A program made the position numbers and the translations under genes. From Lepidodermella squamata (lineage: Eukaryota > Animalia > Gastrotricha), in assembly GCA_047495785.1 (NCBI GenBank), contig JBLDXI010000026.1, positions 62,001 to 126,000 on the forward strand: DNA of 64,000 nucleotides. The letters are read 5' to 3'. This document shows positions 13,899 to 26,291 of the stretch, one piece after another. Position 1 is the first letter of the stretch, and each line of letters opens with the position of its first letter. The notes beneath the pieces were generated by a model. The model had not been told where the DNA came from. It saw only the letters and a list, made by a program, of their open reading frames with translations, and did no database searches.

Positions 13899-14306
13899 AT
13901 GGCCCTAAGTGCATTAATTGCGGTGATTCTGTTCACCGCGGTAAGCAGCTAGGTCAAGGCAAACGAGGCGCTTCCGATTGCCAACAGAAGCGCACAGCCT
14001 CGTCCAGATCACCAACCGATAGATCGACGATTGCCACAGTTTCTTAGATCTGGAAACGAAGATCATCAACCGATGGATCGACGATTGCCACAGTTTCTTA
14101 GATCTGGAAACGAAGATCATCAACCGATGGATCGACGATTGCCACCGTTTCTTAGATCTGGAAACGAAGCTAAGCTATTACGATTCCAGGATTGTTTACT
14201 GTTCCGATGCAATGTGGGCAGAGTCGTTTCGTATCCGAAAGCATCATGCATCATCCGATGCTGGAAGCTCGCTAAGTTCATAGTAGACTATATATTTAGA
14301 TCATAG
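13899..14306 (+). pseudogene. 4-Cys secreted peptide precursor, subfamily I copy A; in-frame TAG in the signal peptide; pro-region has 3 x 54-bp tandem repeat
   Basis: MALSALIAVILFTAVSS*VKANEALPIA...(DHQP[IM]DRRLP[QP]FLRSGNE)x3 AKLLRFQDCLLFRCNVGRVVSYPKASCIIRCWK. TAG at 13950-13952 where paralogs have TAC/TTC. Confidence 0.85.
14007..14168 (+). repeat. 54-bp coding tandem repeat x3
   Basis: GATCA.CAACCGAT.GATCGACGATTGCCAC.GTTTCTTAGATCTGGAAACGAA at 14007, 14061, 14115. Confidence 0.95.
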
Positions 14307-15616
14307 ATCACATTCCAGGCATTATAGACATATTAGCAGTATAGATCTCGATGAATATTAATGCATCAAATGCTGTGATCTTTCAAACTATGTGATATGC
14401 CAAAGCTAGTCTCTCAATATTTTACCGTAATTTTTTATGATGAAGTGGCCCATTCGCTGGTAAAAGCCGTCGCTTTTGATGATCCCGAATAAATCACATG
14501 TCAAATGTAATTCATCTGAAAATTTTGAATGAAAACACCGGAATACAAAACAAGCATTATTCAATCGGAAAACGTGCTATACAGGGTTAGTCATTTCTTA
14601 TTTATGAGGTGTCGATCGGCCTACTTATCACTCGTTCGATTTATTGCTTTTACCTCGTCTCACCGCGATCAAGTGTGGAAAGCGCTCGAAGACCTAGGAG
14701 TTTCTTGCGATCTTCCCGATAACATTATATAGGGATTACATTGCCACTGTGCGAGTAAATGGCATCAGCGCGAAACCCTTCCGAGTGACCAAGGATATTT
14801 TCAGCTGTATTTAACGCAGTCTGCAAGCGATTAGGCCGAAACACACGTGTGTAGCATTTTCAAAAAATTCCAGAAACCAAACAGTGATAGCTGGAACTAA
14901 CTAGCTTCCCTATTCGCATACAAAATCGGAAAAAGCTGCATGGCTGCAATAAAAAAAATAAGAGTGCATCGAAAAAAAGTCGAAAGAATTGCGTTTTTTG
15001 CCATTTATTTTACTTCACAGTTGTTTTTTCGCCACGAAAATACAACATTGCAGAGCACAACATCTCTGGCCAGTTTTCGTTATGCTTACCATAAGCGGTA
15101 AAATAATTAGATATTCCATATTTTTTATAAGAAATTTCCAGCAAAAATGGGTTAAACATAACGAAAACAGCATAAAACAATGGCAGGCGGTGTTTCCACC
15201 TTAAGCTTTAACAACTTCTTTCACACTCGTCCTCGTCGTCATCATCACAACACACGGCGTAATTTGAACATAATAGATTTTTCCACGTGAAATATTCGTA
15301 ACTTTTTGCATGCTAGAGTAATCATCATTATCATCGTTTTTCTCATCGGGAAGCAGCGCGCACTTGCTTGGCAAGCTTGGCCACTGTCCCTCACGTAAAT
15401 AATAATTGCGAATAACGATAACAATAATAGAATTGAAACAATAATTGAAAGAACGTCGCGCAACACAAAGAAACTAAATTTTGATAAAGTATTTTCGTCG
15501 TCGTCGTAAATAAGCGATCAGCTCTCAGCTTTCAGCATAGGTTTGTATCACAACAATTTCAATAATGATAATAACGATTAATTGCGAAATGACTAAGGAA
15601 TTGCAAATCATCGCCT

Positions 15617-15919
15617 TCAGAAGTGCTTCTTCAGGCGAAGATTTTTCAGGCAGTCGTTGTAGCACTGCTTTTTCAGGTAGTTGGTTGGCTTCCAGAAACA
15701 CAGACCGGTGCAGCTGACGTACAGATCGTTGTAGACGCCCGACTGGCGGCGTTGGCGGCTGATGAGAGAGGCGACGAGGTCGCTCTCGACGGGCGTCAGT
15801 TTGAGGAAACCGGAAACCAGCTGGTTCGCAACTTGGTCATGAGGCAGGGCGGACATCACAGAAAATTGCAGAAGGCTGAGAACGACGGCGGCGCAGACGA
15901 ACTGATTCGATGAAAGCAT
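15617..15919 (-). CDS. Secreted 4-Cys peptide precursor (signal, pro-region, RQRR furin site, C-x3-C-x11-C-x3-C)
   Basis: Hydrophobic N-terminus; RQRR|QSGVYNDLYVSCTGLCFWKPTNYLKKQCYNDCLKNLRLKKHF; TATAAA about 150 nt upstream on the - strand. Confidence 0.85.
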   Translation of the reverse strand: MLSSNQFVCAAVVLSLLQFSVMSALPHDQVANQLVSGFLKLTPVESDLVASLISRQRRQSGVYNDLYVSCTGLCFWKPTNYLKKQCYNDCLKNLRLKKHF

Positions 15920-16775
15920 TTTTCGTTATTAAAGACTAAAACCGACTTATATTCACGGCAAAAATCAACTAGGTATCTCTTAACGCTCACTGGGTTGCGT
16001 GAATGCAGTGTAAGTTGCTGTCGGTAGCTGAAAATGTGTAGCCGGCAAGGTTTCTACGCCAGTATTTATACCGGCTCGGGACAGACACCGGTTCTGTTAG
16101 ATGCCTTGTATGTTAATTATTCTCTCAGTTTTCAACCACCCTGTGTGTAGGCATGTGCGCAGCGCGTATCATGTGCGCGGAAATACGACGTGTGCCCCTA
16201 TTAGACTTTGAACCCAACCGATACCAACAATGCGCCGTAATCAGAGTCATCAGCGCATGAGAAAAATTGCGCGCGCTCACGTCAGTATATATGTGAGCTG
16301 ACTAAAATTTCATTACTACTCCTCATATGACTTATTGGGCCGCGATACCCACACCTATATCATCATCAGCGCGCCGGTGTGTTCGCAGCAAGTGAACTGC
16401 TCCGCTAAAATGTGTGCTATAGCTCATTTATTCCGGCCTCAATTCGCTCCCACTACCCCCTGTAGAAATTTTACGAGTTAATAGCGTTTCTGTTAACATT
16501 TCCGGTGGTTTTGCGGTAAAAAATGTGGGAAATTTAGTCATTTTTTATGTCTCTATTACCGGCATTTTTTGCTCCTCAGATGCTCTCAACGTTTTTGTCG
16601 CAATCAAGTTTAGTTTGGATTTAGGACATGGTGCTATCTAGGACAAAACATCGAATAATTGAGCAACAATGTATCAGAATTTTTCAGCCAATATTCCCAA
16701 AAAATCCCGCCATTAATGTTGAGCGATTTTTTTGACCTCGAGAAAAGTGATTAATTAACTAATTTTATTGATAAC

Positions 16776-18345
16776 TCAGTTGAATATTGAAATCAGGTCA
16801 TCAATGTCATCAATGGGTGTTTCAATTTCATTTTTGGCTGCGTTAATCGCATCATTCCGAACGATAATTTCGCGGAAATAAGCGTCGTTATTTGAATAGG
16901 GCGGCCGTGATGCCAGCGCCTTCCATGCCGATATCCGTCTAGTTGCCGCTTCAGCCAACAGCGTCAGCATGCTTATCATCCGCTCAATCCTTGGCACCAT
17001 CGCATTTGGGTCGTTGTTGTAAATCTGGGCGAGGTAAGCCTTGAAATGCGTCTCGAGTTGTAGGTAAGCTTTAAGGACTGGGTCTTTGTGGCGAATTGGC
17101 GCGTCATTCCAGCCGGAGTAGAACAGGAACGCGAAGAGGAAACTCATTTCAACAGAAGATGGCTGCCATTCTCGAAATACGCCATTCAAAAAATTCGCCT
17201 CCGGGAGGGTGTACTGAAAAATAAACTGTTACGCAACGAAGATCATAATTTTGAAGCGGAAAATTTACCGCCATTTCGGGCGCAAATGGGACAAGTTTTT
17301 GAAAATGTTCCGGCAGGGTGTTCACAAGCACAATAGTATGCTCCGATCGAAAATAGTTCTCCGCGATTGATATTTTCGAGAAAGCAGTTTGAAATAATGT
17401 ACACCTATCCTCAAGAACTATGTCCTTGTAGCCTGAATAGAAATTTTGTGAGTTAAGGACAGAATGACCTGAAAAATTTACCTGGCAGGCAGCGGACATA
17501 TTGAGCCATAAGCTGGGCAGCCGTGTTGTATTGCTGTAAAATAGCTGGCCAGATTTCCTCCAGTGGTTTCGCTTGAAATTCAGGTTGTCTCGTGGGGAGC
17601 TATAAGGAAACATTTCATTTAAATCACAATTATTCGATTAGCTCATCAACATACTGTCTCGTATTGCAGCGTAATATCTTTTGCATTTTCAATTAAGGTG
17701 GCTATATTTTGATCATTAACCAAATTATAAAACAAGCTTTGATCAGGCGATGGTAATTTCGATTGCTGGCTGTACGGCTGCACTGATAGAGAGTCGCTGC
17801 TGACTTCGGTTGAACCTTCTGCGCTTCCATTTGAAGTTACAGGACAGGAGGAATCTGCCGCGTTACTTTGAGATTTAAATATATCCCGATATTTTACTGG
17901 CGATCTCATGCCGAGGGAGAAGCATTTCTGCAAGCGGCATAGTGGGCAGATGGCTCGCAAAACTGCCCCTGATTTAGACAATGGGTTCTTATCAGTGTTG
18001 TTGACTGTCTGAGCTCTCAGGCGCCACTTTTCGTCTGACAAACATTGGTTATCGCCCGAGCGACACGACAGCTTCCAGTAGTTTTCTCTATGGCGGAGGT
18101 AGAACCGCTGAATCATGTTAAAAAAAATTAGGAAAACAAATGTGGGAGGAATAATTATTATTAATTATTAATTACCCGACATGATTCACAGACGAAAGCT
18201 CTGTGACGGCTGATTTTCGACGTTAAAACAGCGCATACCTTATAAAAATTCCGAATAAAATTATTTTTGCTGTAAATTGGAGACAACAGAACCAAACCTG
18301 ACAATTGATGATTTCGATCTTGCCAGATTTAGGTTTTTTCGCCAT
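16776..18345 (-). CDS. Divergent nuclear hormone receptor (two C4 zinc fingers + LBD), 6 exons
   Basis: Spliced DBD MAKK...NCQ|VCAVLTSKISRHRAFVCESCR|RFYLR...CRSGDNQC...CPLCRLQKCFSLGM; LBD signature YVRCLP|GYKDIVLEDRCTLFQ; GT-AG introns restore the frame across ORFs 17646, 17149 and 16776. Confidence 0.9.
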
Positions 18346-19414
18346 TTTTTGCCCTCTTAGATTTTAGCGAGAAGTCGTGAGAAAATATACTTGTGAGATT
18401 TATAAGCACGTGGGTTTAAAATGCGATGAAAGTTTCGATTTTTCTTGTCACATGTCGCACTTAGATTTAATCGATATTTCTCGAAGATATCCATATAGCT
18501 GAATACGAACGGGTTAATATGATAAAATAGACGCGGTAACATCCTGCCTACAGTCCGAGCTTGCCAAAAGGTGCTGGACGCATCGATATTTCTACTAATA
18601 GAAGATGATCTCAGGCTACATTATCGGATAAGGCTCCTGTTACGAGTTGCGAATACACGGAGATTTGTTTATTATTTCATAGGTACTTATATGTCATAGT
18701 CTAAAATAAGCGATTGAGTTGGATTGGGATAAAACTCTTTTAATAAGCAAACGTCAAAAAAACTAGTTTGCAAGGAATCAGGCATAATTATTGAGCAAAA
18801 CATTACCTTCCTAGAGGCTTACCTACGTTTTGAATAACCAAAATTCGATTGATGCGTCAAAAAGTCTTAGAAATGCACTTTTTGGCATTAGAAGCATTAC
18901 CATTTGGGCAAGATGAAAGAAGCTCTGATCGGCCCAGAAAGCCACTCCGGAACTTTTTCAGGGTTGGGTTCTTAACATTTACGGTTAATTGCGTATATTT
19001 TTCCATTTATACCAAGCTAGTGGTATGGACCAGTTATTACAGAATATTAAACCAGGTTTTTCAGAAAATTGACAAAATATTAGTTGGATTCCCAATGTAA
19101 CTAAATTGCTTATTAGACAGCGACATGGACTTAATCACAAAGCAAATAAAAATGCCAGATAAAATTGAATCGAAGCTGAAATTGTCAGATTCTGCAAGTA
19201 TTTACCACGCCAAATTGTTATACCACGCCGAGGGTTGAAAGTGAATGTCTTATCTCGTGAAAAACGCCCACTCGAGCCACCCGGCAAAGATATGACTCGC
19301 TAGAAAGGCACTCACACACACAAAAACCGCGTGAGATACTAAAACAAAGAAACTACAGGCATTTAGCCGATGAAGCTCCGGTAGCAAATTATTATTTTCA
19401 AAACTAAAGCAAAC

Positions 19415-22400
19415 ATGTTTTTTTCATCCACCCAATTTCAACGTGAGAGGAAGTTGGGGAAGGGCAGCTTTGGCGAGGTTTACACGGTTCGAAGCTTACT
19501 GCCGAATGACAATGGCACTTATGCAATCAAAGTTGCTGACTTATCCCGAGTTATCAGCCAATCGACTAGCCTCATCGAAAGGGAGAGAATGAAAAATTCT
19601 TTACTGCAAGAGGCTGAAGTCATGAAGAGCCTCAATCTTCCACATGTCATTCGAGTATACAGCTGTTTCCTAGGTAAATTCAACGTAATTAAAAAAAAAT
19701 GGAATTTCATAAACTAAAATTTATAGAGAGGGACCTTTTCTTCATGTCTATGGAGTTTTGCGACGCCGGGACCTTAAAACGAGCCATCCAGTTGCAACGA
19801 GGCGAGCTCTTTGACGAGCCACAGATTCGTGAATGGGTGTCACAGCTGCTTCCTACTGTCAATACCCTACATTCCCGCAACATTCTGCATCGTGATATCA
19901 AAAGCGAAAATATTTTCTTAACCGTCACACGTCAAGGGATAAGTCTGAAGCTTGGAGACTTCGGAATGACTCGACTCTTGAAAACTTCCCCTGGTAAAAG
20001 CGTGGCTTCAAATCCGCATATTCCCCCGGAAATAGTTGAAGGCGGCCCCTTTGACTTCAAGGCAGACGTATGGGCGTTGGGGGTAGTCATTTACGAGATT
20101 ATAACCCTGTTCCTACCGGTGAGTGATTAAATTTCCATAACCGCATTGATTTCAGCCTTAAATTGTTCTAGTTCGAAGGCCAGAACGCTCGACTGAGTAA
20201 AAAGCCTCTCAAAGCTATTCCTGAACAGTTTAGCGTGGAGCTACGAGAGCTTGTAGAGCAACGTCTGTTGAACAAAGACCCGCATCGGCGGCCAATGTTA
20301 GCGGAAGTTGTTGCGCAATGGGCTGAAGCTACGCCTGTAAAGAAACCCACGCCAGCTAACTTATCACCAAGGCGGCAATCGGTTGTTCCGTCGTCACCTG
20401 CTAGACTGAGCGACGAAGAAATGGTGGAAAAGGAACTGAGGCGACTGGCGAAGCGGCAGAGCCAATCTTCCCTACCGAAAAACGAAGTTATACCCCAACG
20501 GTCGAGCCCGTCAAATCAACGCCGTCAGCCGGTTGAACCTCAGCCGCAACATAGGGAAAGCGCATCGCAGTTCGAAAGAGCTGAGCCTCGAACACCTGCC
20601 CCATATTCGCCTTCGTTCTCGCCCAGGCCAGCGTCGCCGAAAAACGACGAAGAAATGGTCGAAAAACAGTTTGCTCGCCTTGCTCAACGACGCTCTTCCG
20701 GTCTACCCGGGTCGCCACTACTTGCGAAGAAAGGAGAGGCAAGCCTACCCCCGCACCAATCGCCCTTACTTCCTATCAATCAGCCTTTGACGCAGTCGTT
20801 GCCCTCTTCGCCTGTGAAACGGCAGCCTATCGACGGAAAGTTTTCATCTCGGCCTCCAGCTAGCAACCCGCCAAGTTTATCAATGGTTCCGGAAAATGAG
20901 TTCAGGCCCGGCTTCGGTATCGTGGAGCTTGACGAAAAGATGGCCGATACTTTACTAGCCGCCGCCTCTTCCGGAAACGCCCAAGCCCTGAGTCAGCTTC
21001 TACATCGAGTTCAAGTTGAGCAGTTGGTGAAACCCGAAATCTGGCGCAAAAAACCAGGCGGCGACAACCCGTTGCATCGGGCCGCTCGTCAGGACCGTCT
21101 GGATGCCACGAAGTTGTTGATGAACAAGGCGAAACAGCTTGCCTATCTTGAAAACAGTAGCAAGCTGGCCCCGATTCACTGCGCAGTCCTAAGCGACGCC
21201 GCTAGGATTTGCAAATGCTTGTTAGATGCCGATAAAACGCTATTGGAGCTGAAGGAAAGCAAGTTCGGCCGAACCCCACTTCATCTTGCCGCAAGCATCA
21301 ACAGCCTCCAGGCCGCTAAAGTTCTAGTTCGAGAGGGAGCTGATTTGTTCGCAAGGAGCAATGTTTACGATTTCGGTTCCACGCCCGCTCATTTAGCTGC
21401 AAGTTTCGGCAAAATTCCTGTTCTCGAGTACCTGCTGTCATGCAATGAAGAGCTGATTCTGGCTGAAAACGCGCAAGGTTGCTGCCCGTTTCACAGCGCT
21501 GCTATACATGGAAGTGTAACGGGAGTTGAATACTTTATCAACCGGCCAAATTTCGACATCGAGCTAACCGATTCGGAATACGGCCGGACAGCTCTTCATG
21601 CTGCAGCTGATGCTGGGAAACTTGACGTTGTGAAGCTGCTAGTCGAGAACGGGGCTAATATGTTCGCCCAGAGTGCTCAGAACGATAACTCGTCATTACC
21701 GATCCATTTAGCAGCTAGATCAGGCCACACGAGCATCCTGGAATACTTCTGCGATACGAATCCAGAATTGATAACGGCTACGGATGGGGACGGCCGGCAA
21801 GCTATCCATAGGGCAGTTATGAACGACCGTGAAGCTGTCTTAGATTTCCTGCTATCACGGGGGGTTAGCATAGAAGCAACTACTGACTCTTTAGGGCGAA
21901 CCTGTCTCCACGAAGCCGCGTGTTTTGGGCAGCTGGAAATGGCTCGAAAGTTGATAGAAAGAGGGGCGGATTTGTTTGCGAAATCCGGTGAAGCAGACGG
22001 TTTCATGCTTGCTAGCCACATCGCGGTTAGTTTTGGTAAAGTCCCTGTCCTCGAGCTTTTGCTCAAAACTGAACCTGAGCTTATTGACACGAGTGACGGA
22101 GACGGCAATAAGCCGATTCATACAGCTGTAATACGGGGTAATACCGTTGCGATTGAGTTTCTGGTAAAAACCTACCCGCGAACTCTTGAACAGAAGGACG
22201 AGATTTATGGCAGAACACCCCTTCACAAAGCTGTGGTTAGTAGGAAACTCGCGATGGTGAAGTTCATGCTACATCTTGGCGCTGATCCTATGGCTCGCAG
22301 TAATCTAGAAGATCACGGCTCTACTGCCATTCACCTTGCAGCTTGTTTCGGCGACATCCAGATTTTAGAGGTTTTGGTAGCGAAGAACCCGAATTTGATC

Positions 22401-23453
22401 GAGGTTGCCGATGATCACGGCAGCTATCCGATTCATTGCGCTGCGTTGAACAATAGCACGGCTGCTGTGGACTTTTTCTTGTTAATCGGCGTTAAAATCG
22501 AGCAGAGGAGTAAGATTTACGGGCGAACCCCCCTGCATCAAGCTGCCGCGAATGGTTGCCTCGAAGTTGCGGAAAGATTGGCTGAAAACGGGGCTGACTT
22601 CTTCGCACGAAGTAACAGCGATGATGGAGAATCCTTACCCATTCACCTAGCCGCTGCGTTTGGCCAAGTGTCAGTCCTTAAATTCTTCCTAGACGTTAAA
22701 CCCGAACTTGCGAACGAAAAAGACGGCTACGGCAACTTGCCGATTCACCGAGCTGTTGGCAACTGTCAGCGGGAAGCAGTCATCTTTCAGATCGAGCGAT
22801 TTCCGAGAAGTCTCGAGGCACGTAATGACAAATTCGGCCGAACTCCGTTACATCACGCCGCGGCTAGTGGCGAGTTGGAAATGGTTCAGTTGCTAGTCGA
22901 GAGGGGTGCTGACATCTATGCAAGGTCTAACAGCTCTGACCATGAGTCCCTACCGATTCACCTTGCAGTTTGTTTCGGCCACGTGGCTGTCGTTGAGTAC
23001 CTGATAGACCACGATCCAGCTCTTTTCGAAACGACGGATGGACAGGGTTGTCATCCCTTCCACACTGCCGCGATAAATAATAACCTTACATCAGTGGAGT
23101 TTTTCTTAAGCCGGAAACTGAGTACTGAACAACGAGATGCAGCGTTCGGCCGGACGGTCCTTCATCACGCTGCGATGAAGGGTTACGTCGAAATCGTCGA
23201 TGCTTTAGCTGAAAATGGGGCGAATATCGAGGCGAGGTGCAACGCGGATGATAACGAATCAACGCCGCTTCACTTTGCAGCTTGGCAGGGTCATCTCGAA
23301 GTCGTTAAATGCTTGATTGAGAAGCATGGCGCTGATGATTCAGCACAAGATTCAAGCGGCAGGACTGCGTTGGACTATGCAAGGTTATGCGAATCAAACG
23401 GTGACGGCGAGCTTGTCGTAGATTACCTGTCTAATTTGCCTCAAAAGTCTTGA
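19415..23453 (+). CDS. NEK-like Ser/Thr kinase fused to a Pro/Ser linker and ~22 ankyrin repeats (exons 19415-19673, 19727-20118, 20172-23453; ~1310 aa)
   Basis: GKGSFG, YAIK, MEFCDAG, HRDIKSENIFL, KLGDFG, DVWALG; repeated GRTPLH.AA..G...V+.L+E.GA; in-frame GT-AG introns. Confidence 0.9.
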
Positions 23454-23540
23454 ATCAATACTTCATTCATTATTTGCTTGCAAATATTTAAGTTATATAA
23501 AAAAGGAAGTGGGGGAAGGTTATTTTTCGATGGAATTTGT

Positions 23541-24083
23541 CTATCCATCTAGTTTCAGTAAGCCTAGATGACGATTGAGGCAATGGACCAAGCATTGATT
23601 AGGCCAAACAGTAGTGGCTCCTCTCGGCGTACATTTCTTGCATCGGACCTCCATTTGCCTGTCGACAGGCAGCACCTTACTCGCCGCGCCGCCCTTGATC
23701 TGACCGATTATCGTGATGACATAATGGTCATCTGATTGTGCAGGATCGATCTTGACAATTATAATTTCAGAGCATGATGCTGATGAAACCAGTGGTGAAG
23801 TTAGTTGTTGGCCTGCTGTTGTGGCGGGTTGCAAATAAGGGTTATTCATCGTCGTATATCCACGGATAGAATCAACGATAGGCAAATTTCGCAGTCCTTG
23901 GACGAATGCCGCATCAAGTTTGACAGTCACAGTCTGGTCACTTTTCCTTACTAGATCCCCGCTAGGACCAACTCGTCTCAGGGCCAATGGAGGCGGTTCT
24001 GATGGTGCATTCACGACTTGATCAGCGAAAACTAAAGAATAAGTTAAATTGAGAAGAGCTGGCAGATAAAAAAGAAAATCCAT
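23541..24083 (-). CDS. Secreted protein with a long pro-like region and C-terminal 4-Cys motif (C-x2-C-x12-C-x3-C)
   Basis: MDFLFYLPALLNLTYSLVFA signal-like start; ...RCKKCTPRGATTVWPNQCLVHCLNRHLG; single exon. Confidence 0.65.
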   Translation of the reverse strand: MDFLFYLPALLNLTYSLVFADQVVNAPSEPPPLALRRVGPSGDLVRKSDQTVTVKLDAAFVQGLRNLPIVDSIRGYTTMNNPYLQPATTAGQQLTSPLVSSASCSEIIIVKIDPAQSDDHYVITIIGQIKGGAASKVLPVDRQMEVRCKKCTPRGATTVWPNQCLVHCLNRHLGLLKLDG

Positions 24084-24634
24084 CGTTAAGATGGGAAAGG
24101 TATGATTTCCCACTTCAGTCTTTGAGTTCTAAGAGGCCCAGCATTAATTTATCGCTCCATTAGAAAAAAGTTTGCAATACTTAAGTGTCACGCTAGATTA
24201 CCATCCCAATCACCCCTATCGGTATGTAACATTCTTCTTAAAGAATAAAAAATAAAACTAATGTACGTTATTTGTACCGAAACTACGAGAAGCCGATAAC
24301 ATCTTTATCGCCGATTTCTTTTTTTAACGAACAAAAGCAATTGAAGAAGTGGTTGCGCAACATGTACGATAAACGTATGATATGTATATATAAATGATAC
24401 AAAATGAGCTTGAGTTATTTGTCAGTTTCAACATATAGAAGTCACAGTCGATGCATTGCGCTGTTTTTATTGCATTTCAGCATTAATAGTTTGATAGTGT
24501 TATATAGTTAATCATAGTTTTGCAAGCAGATCGATCAGTTAATAGAATCATAGATTAAAGACCTTGACTGCAATTATTTGAAAATTAGTCTCCGAGATAG
24601 AAGAATCCCTCTTCTCATTTAATTTATTTCGCAA

Positions 24635-26291
24635 TCAATGCGGCTGAGGACAGGTGGCTGGTCCCTTTATCCCAGGGATGTAGCATCCGATCGTTTGACG
24701 AATCCAGTTGACGTAAGGACTAATCATAGTGAGAACAGCCGGATCGTCAAGTTCACACCCAGCCTTACGTCGAGAGAAGATAGCGATCTATGAAAAAATT
24801 AAATAAAAGGTGACAGTTTAATAATGAGAAGGTAGATTCAAACTTACAGTTTTCAAGAGATCGTTCTTGAGAATGTCCGTTGATGGGACCATAACCGGGC
24901 TTCCCTCGTCACCATCGCATGGAACATCCTTCATCGTCAGCAAAGTGCTTTGGAAGCAAGCGTTGTAAACATCGCTGTAAGACGCGCCCGCAGCTTTCTT
25001 GCAAGTCGCGTTTTGAAACACTCCACCCGCGGCATATCTCGGCGAGTTCGCGTTCACTGTAGGCGCGCGGCCATTGATACCCCAGCCGCAGAAGAAATGC
25101 ATCTCGTTAGCCTGGGTTTTGCGCAAAGTTGCTCGCGGACATGCTGAAATCTGGTATTAAAGCCGTATTGACGTATTTGTTATTATCAATGGCTATCGAC
25201 TCCTTAAGCTTTATAACCGCGATATCAGCGAATGTACTATTGTAAAGCGGATGCACATTGTACTCCAAAACGGGATAGTTATTTTCAATAGTAGTGTTGA
25301 AATAGCCCACTCGAACTTTCAGTCCTAAAAGAGCTTCACCCGAAACACAGCTGCCGGAAGTCAGAATGAAGAGAGGGTCGATGATCACACCAGCGCATTT
25401 AAAACCCTTGGAGTTGCTAATTGCCACTATCCATGGGAACTGACCGTTTTGCGGAACAGTTCCAGTTGCTTGCGGAATCGGCGGGTAAGGAATATAAGGT
25501 GCGCCACTGGGTGCAGTACCATGAGCGGCTCTGCAGGCCTCATAAGCCTCACGCACTTCGTTCGTCGCAAGAGCCGCATCGTAAACCATAACACAAGAAA
25601 GAGAGGTTCCAAGAAGAGATTTATCTGAAGGTAAAGCTGAGCCGACAACCAGTCGCCGGGCTTTTTCAAGATTGTCGCAAAATTTCGGCTTGTATGTGGC
25701 AGCGTACATTGGACCCCATGGTCCGTGGACGGCGACCATGCATGAAGACTGGTCGTTGTCAATGACCACCGCAAAAAACGACCAATCGTTACCACGGAAT
25801 ACTTCATATGTGCCAATCTCCCCGTTCTGACCACTGATTGCCAGCTGAGGGCGCAAGTCAGAAGTGACCTTCAAATCCAAGCTCAGATAGCTTTTGCTGT
25901 TGTCATCAGTTAGGTTAATGAAGTTGCCGCGTACGTTTGCATTATCAACCCCATGGACCCTCGCAAACATGCTCACAGTCATAGATCGGCGACTGCTGAC
26001 ATTTTGCGGCTGAAGTGTAACGCCAAAGATGCCGTCTGTGCCATCTTTCCTCCAGTGACTTGTCTCAACCTGGCCAAAAGGTCCGGCGAAGGCTGTGTTG
26101 CTGCCGCCGCCGCAAGAACGTTGACAGTTAGCATTACGACCGGATACGTCATTCAAACGAGAATAATAATCTAAAGGCCAGAATCCAAGCAGATCGGCTC
26201 GACGAGGCCAGGGAATAACTTGCCGAGTGGCTGCTGATGAGTACTGAACAGCCAAGCTAAGAAGCAAGGCACTCAGTAGAAGTTTAACCAT
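24635..26291 (-). pseudogene. Secreted LamG/pentraxin-like + trypsin-fold serine protease homolog, non-catalytic, frameshift near 25110
   Basis: Signal MVKLLLSALLL; LGFWPLD, MTVSMFAR, WSFFAVV, VMVYDAAL...EV (LamG-like); QFPWIVAI, CAGVII, ILTSGSC, DIAVIKL, GWG, CDGDEGSP; final exon 24787-24635 (YVNWIRQ). Frame break between ORFs 25107 and 24818 with no suitable intron. Confidence 0.75.

Noticed and set aside
15245-15466. Hydrophobic ORF as another secreted Cys peptide
   Set aside because: TTG start, only three Cys without the family spacing, derived from AT-rich simple sequence
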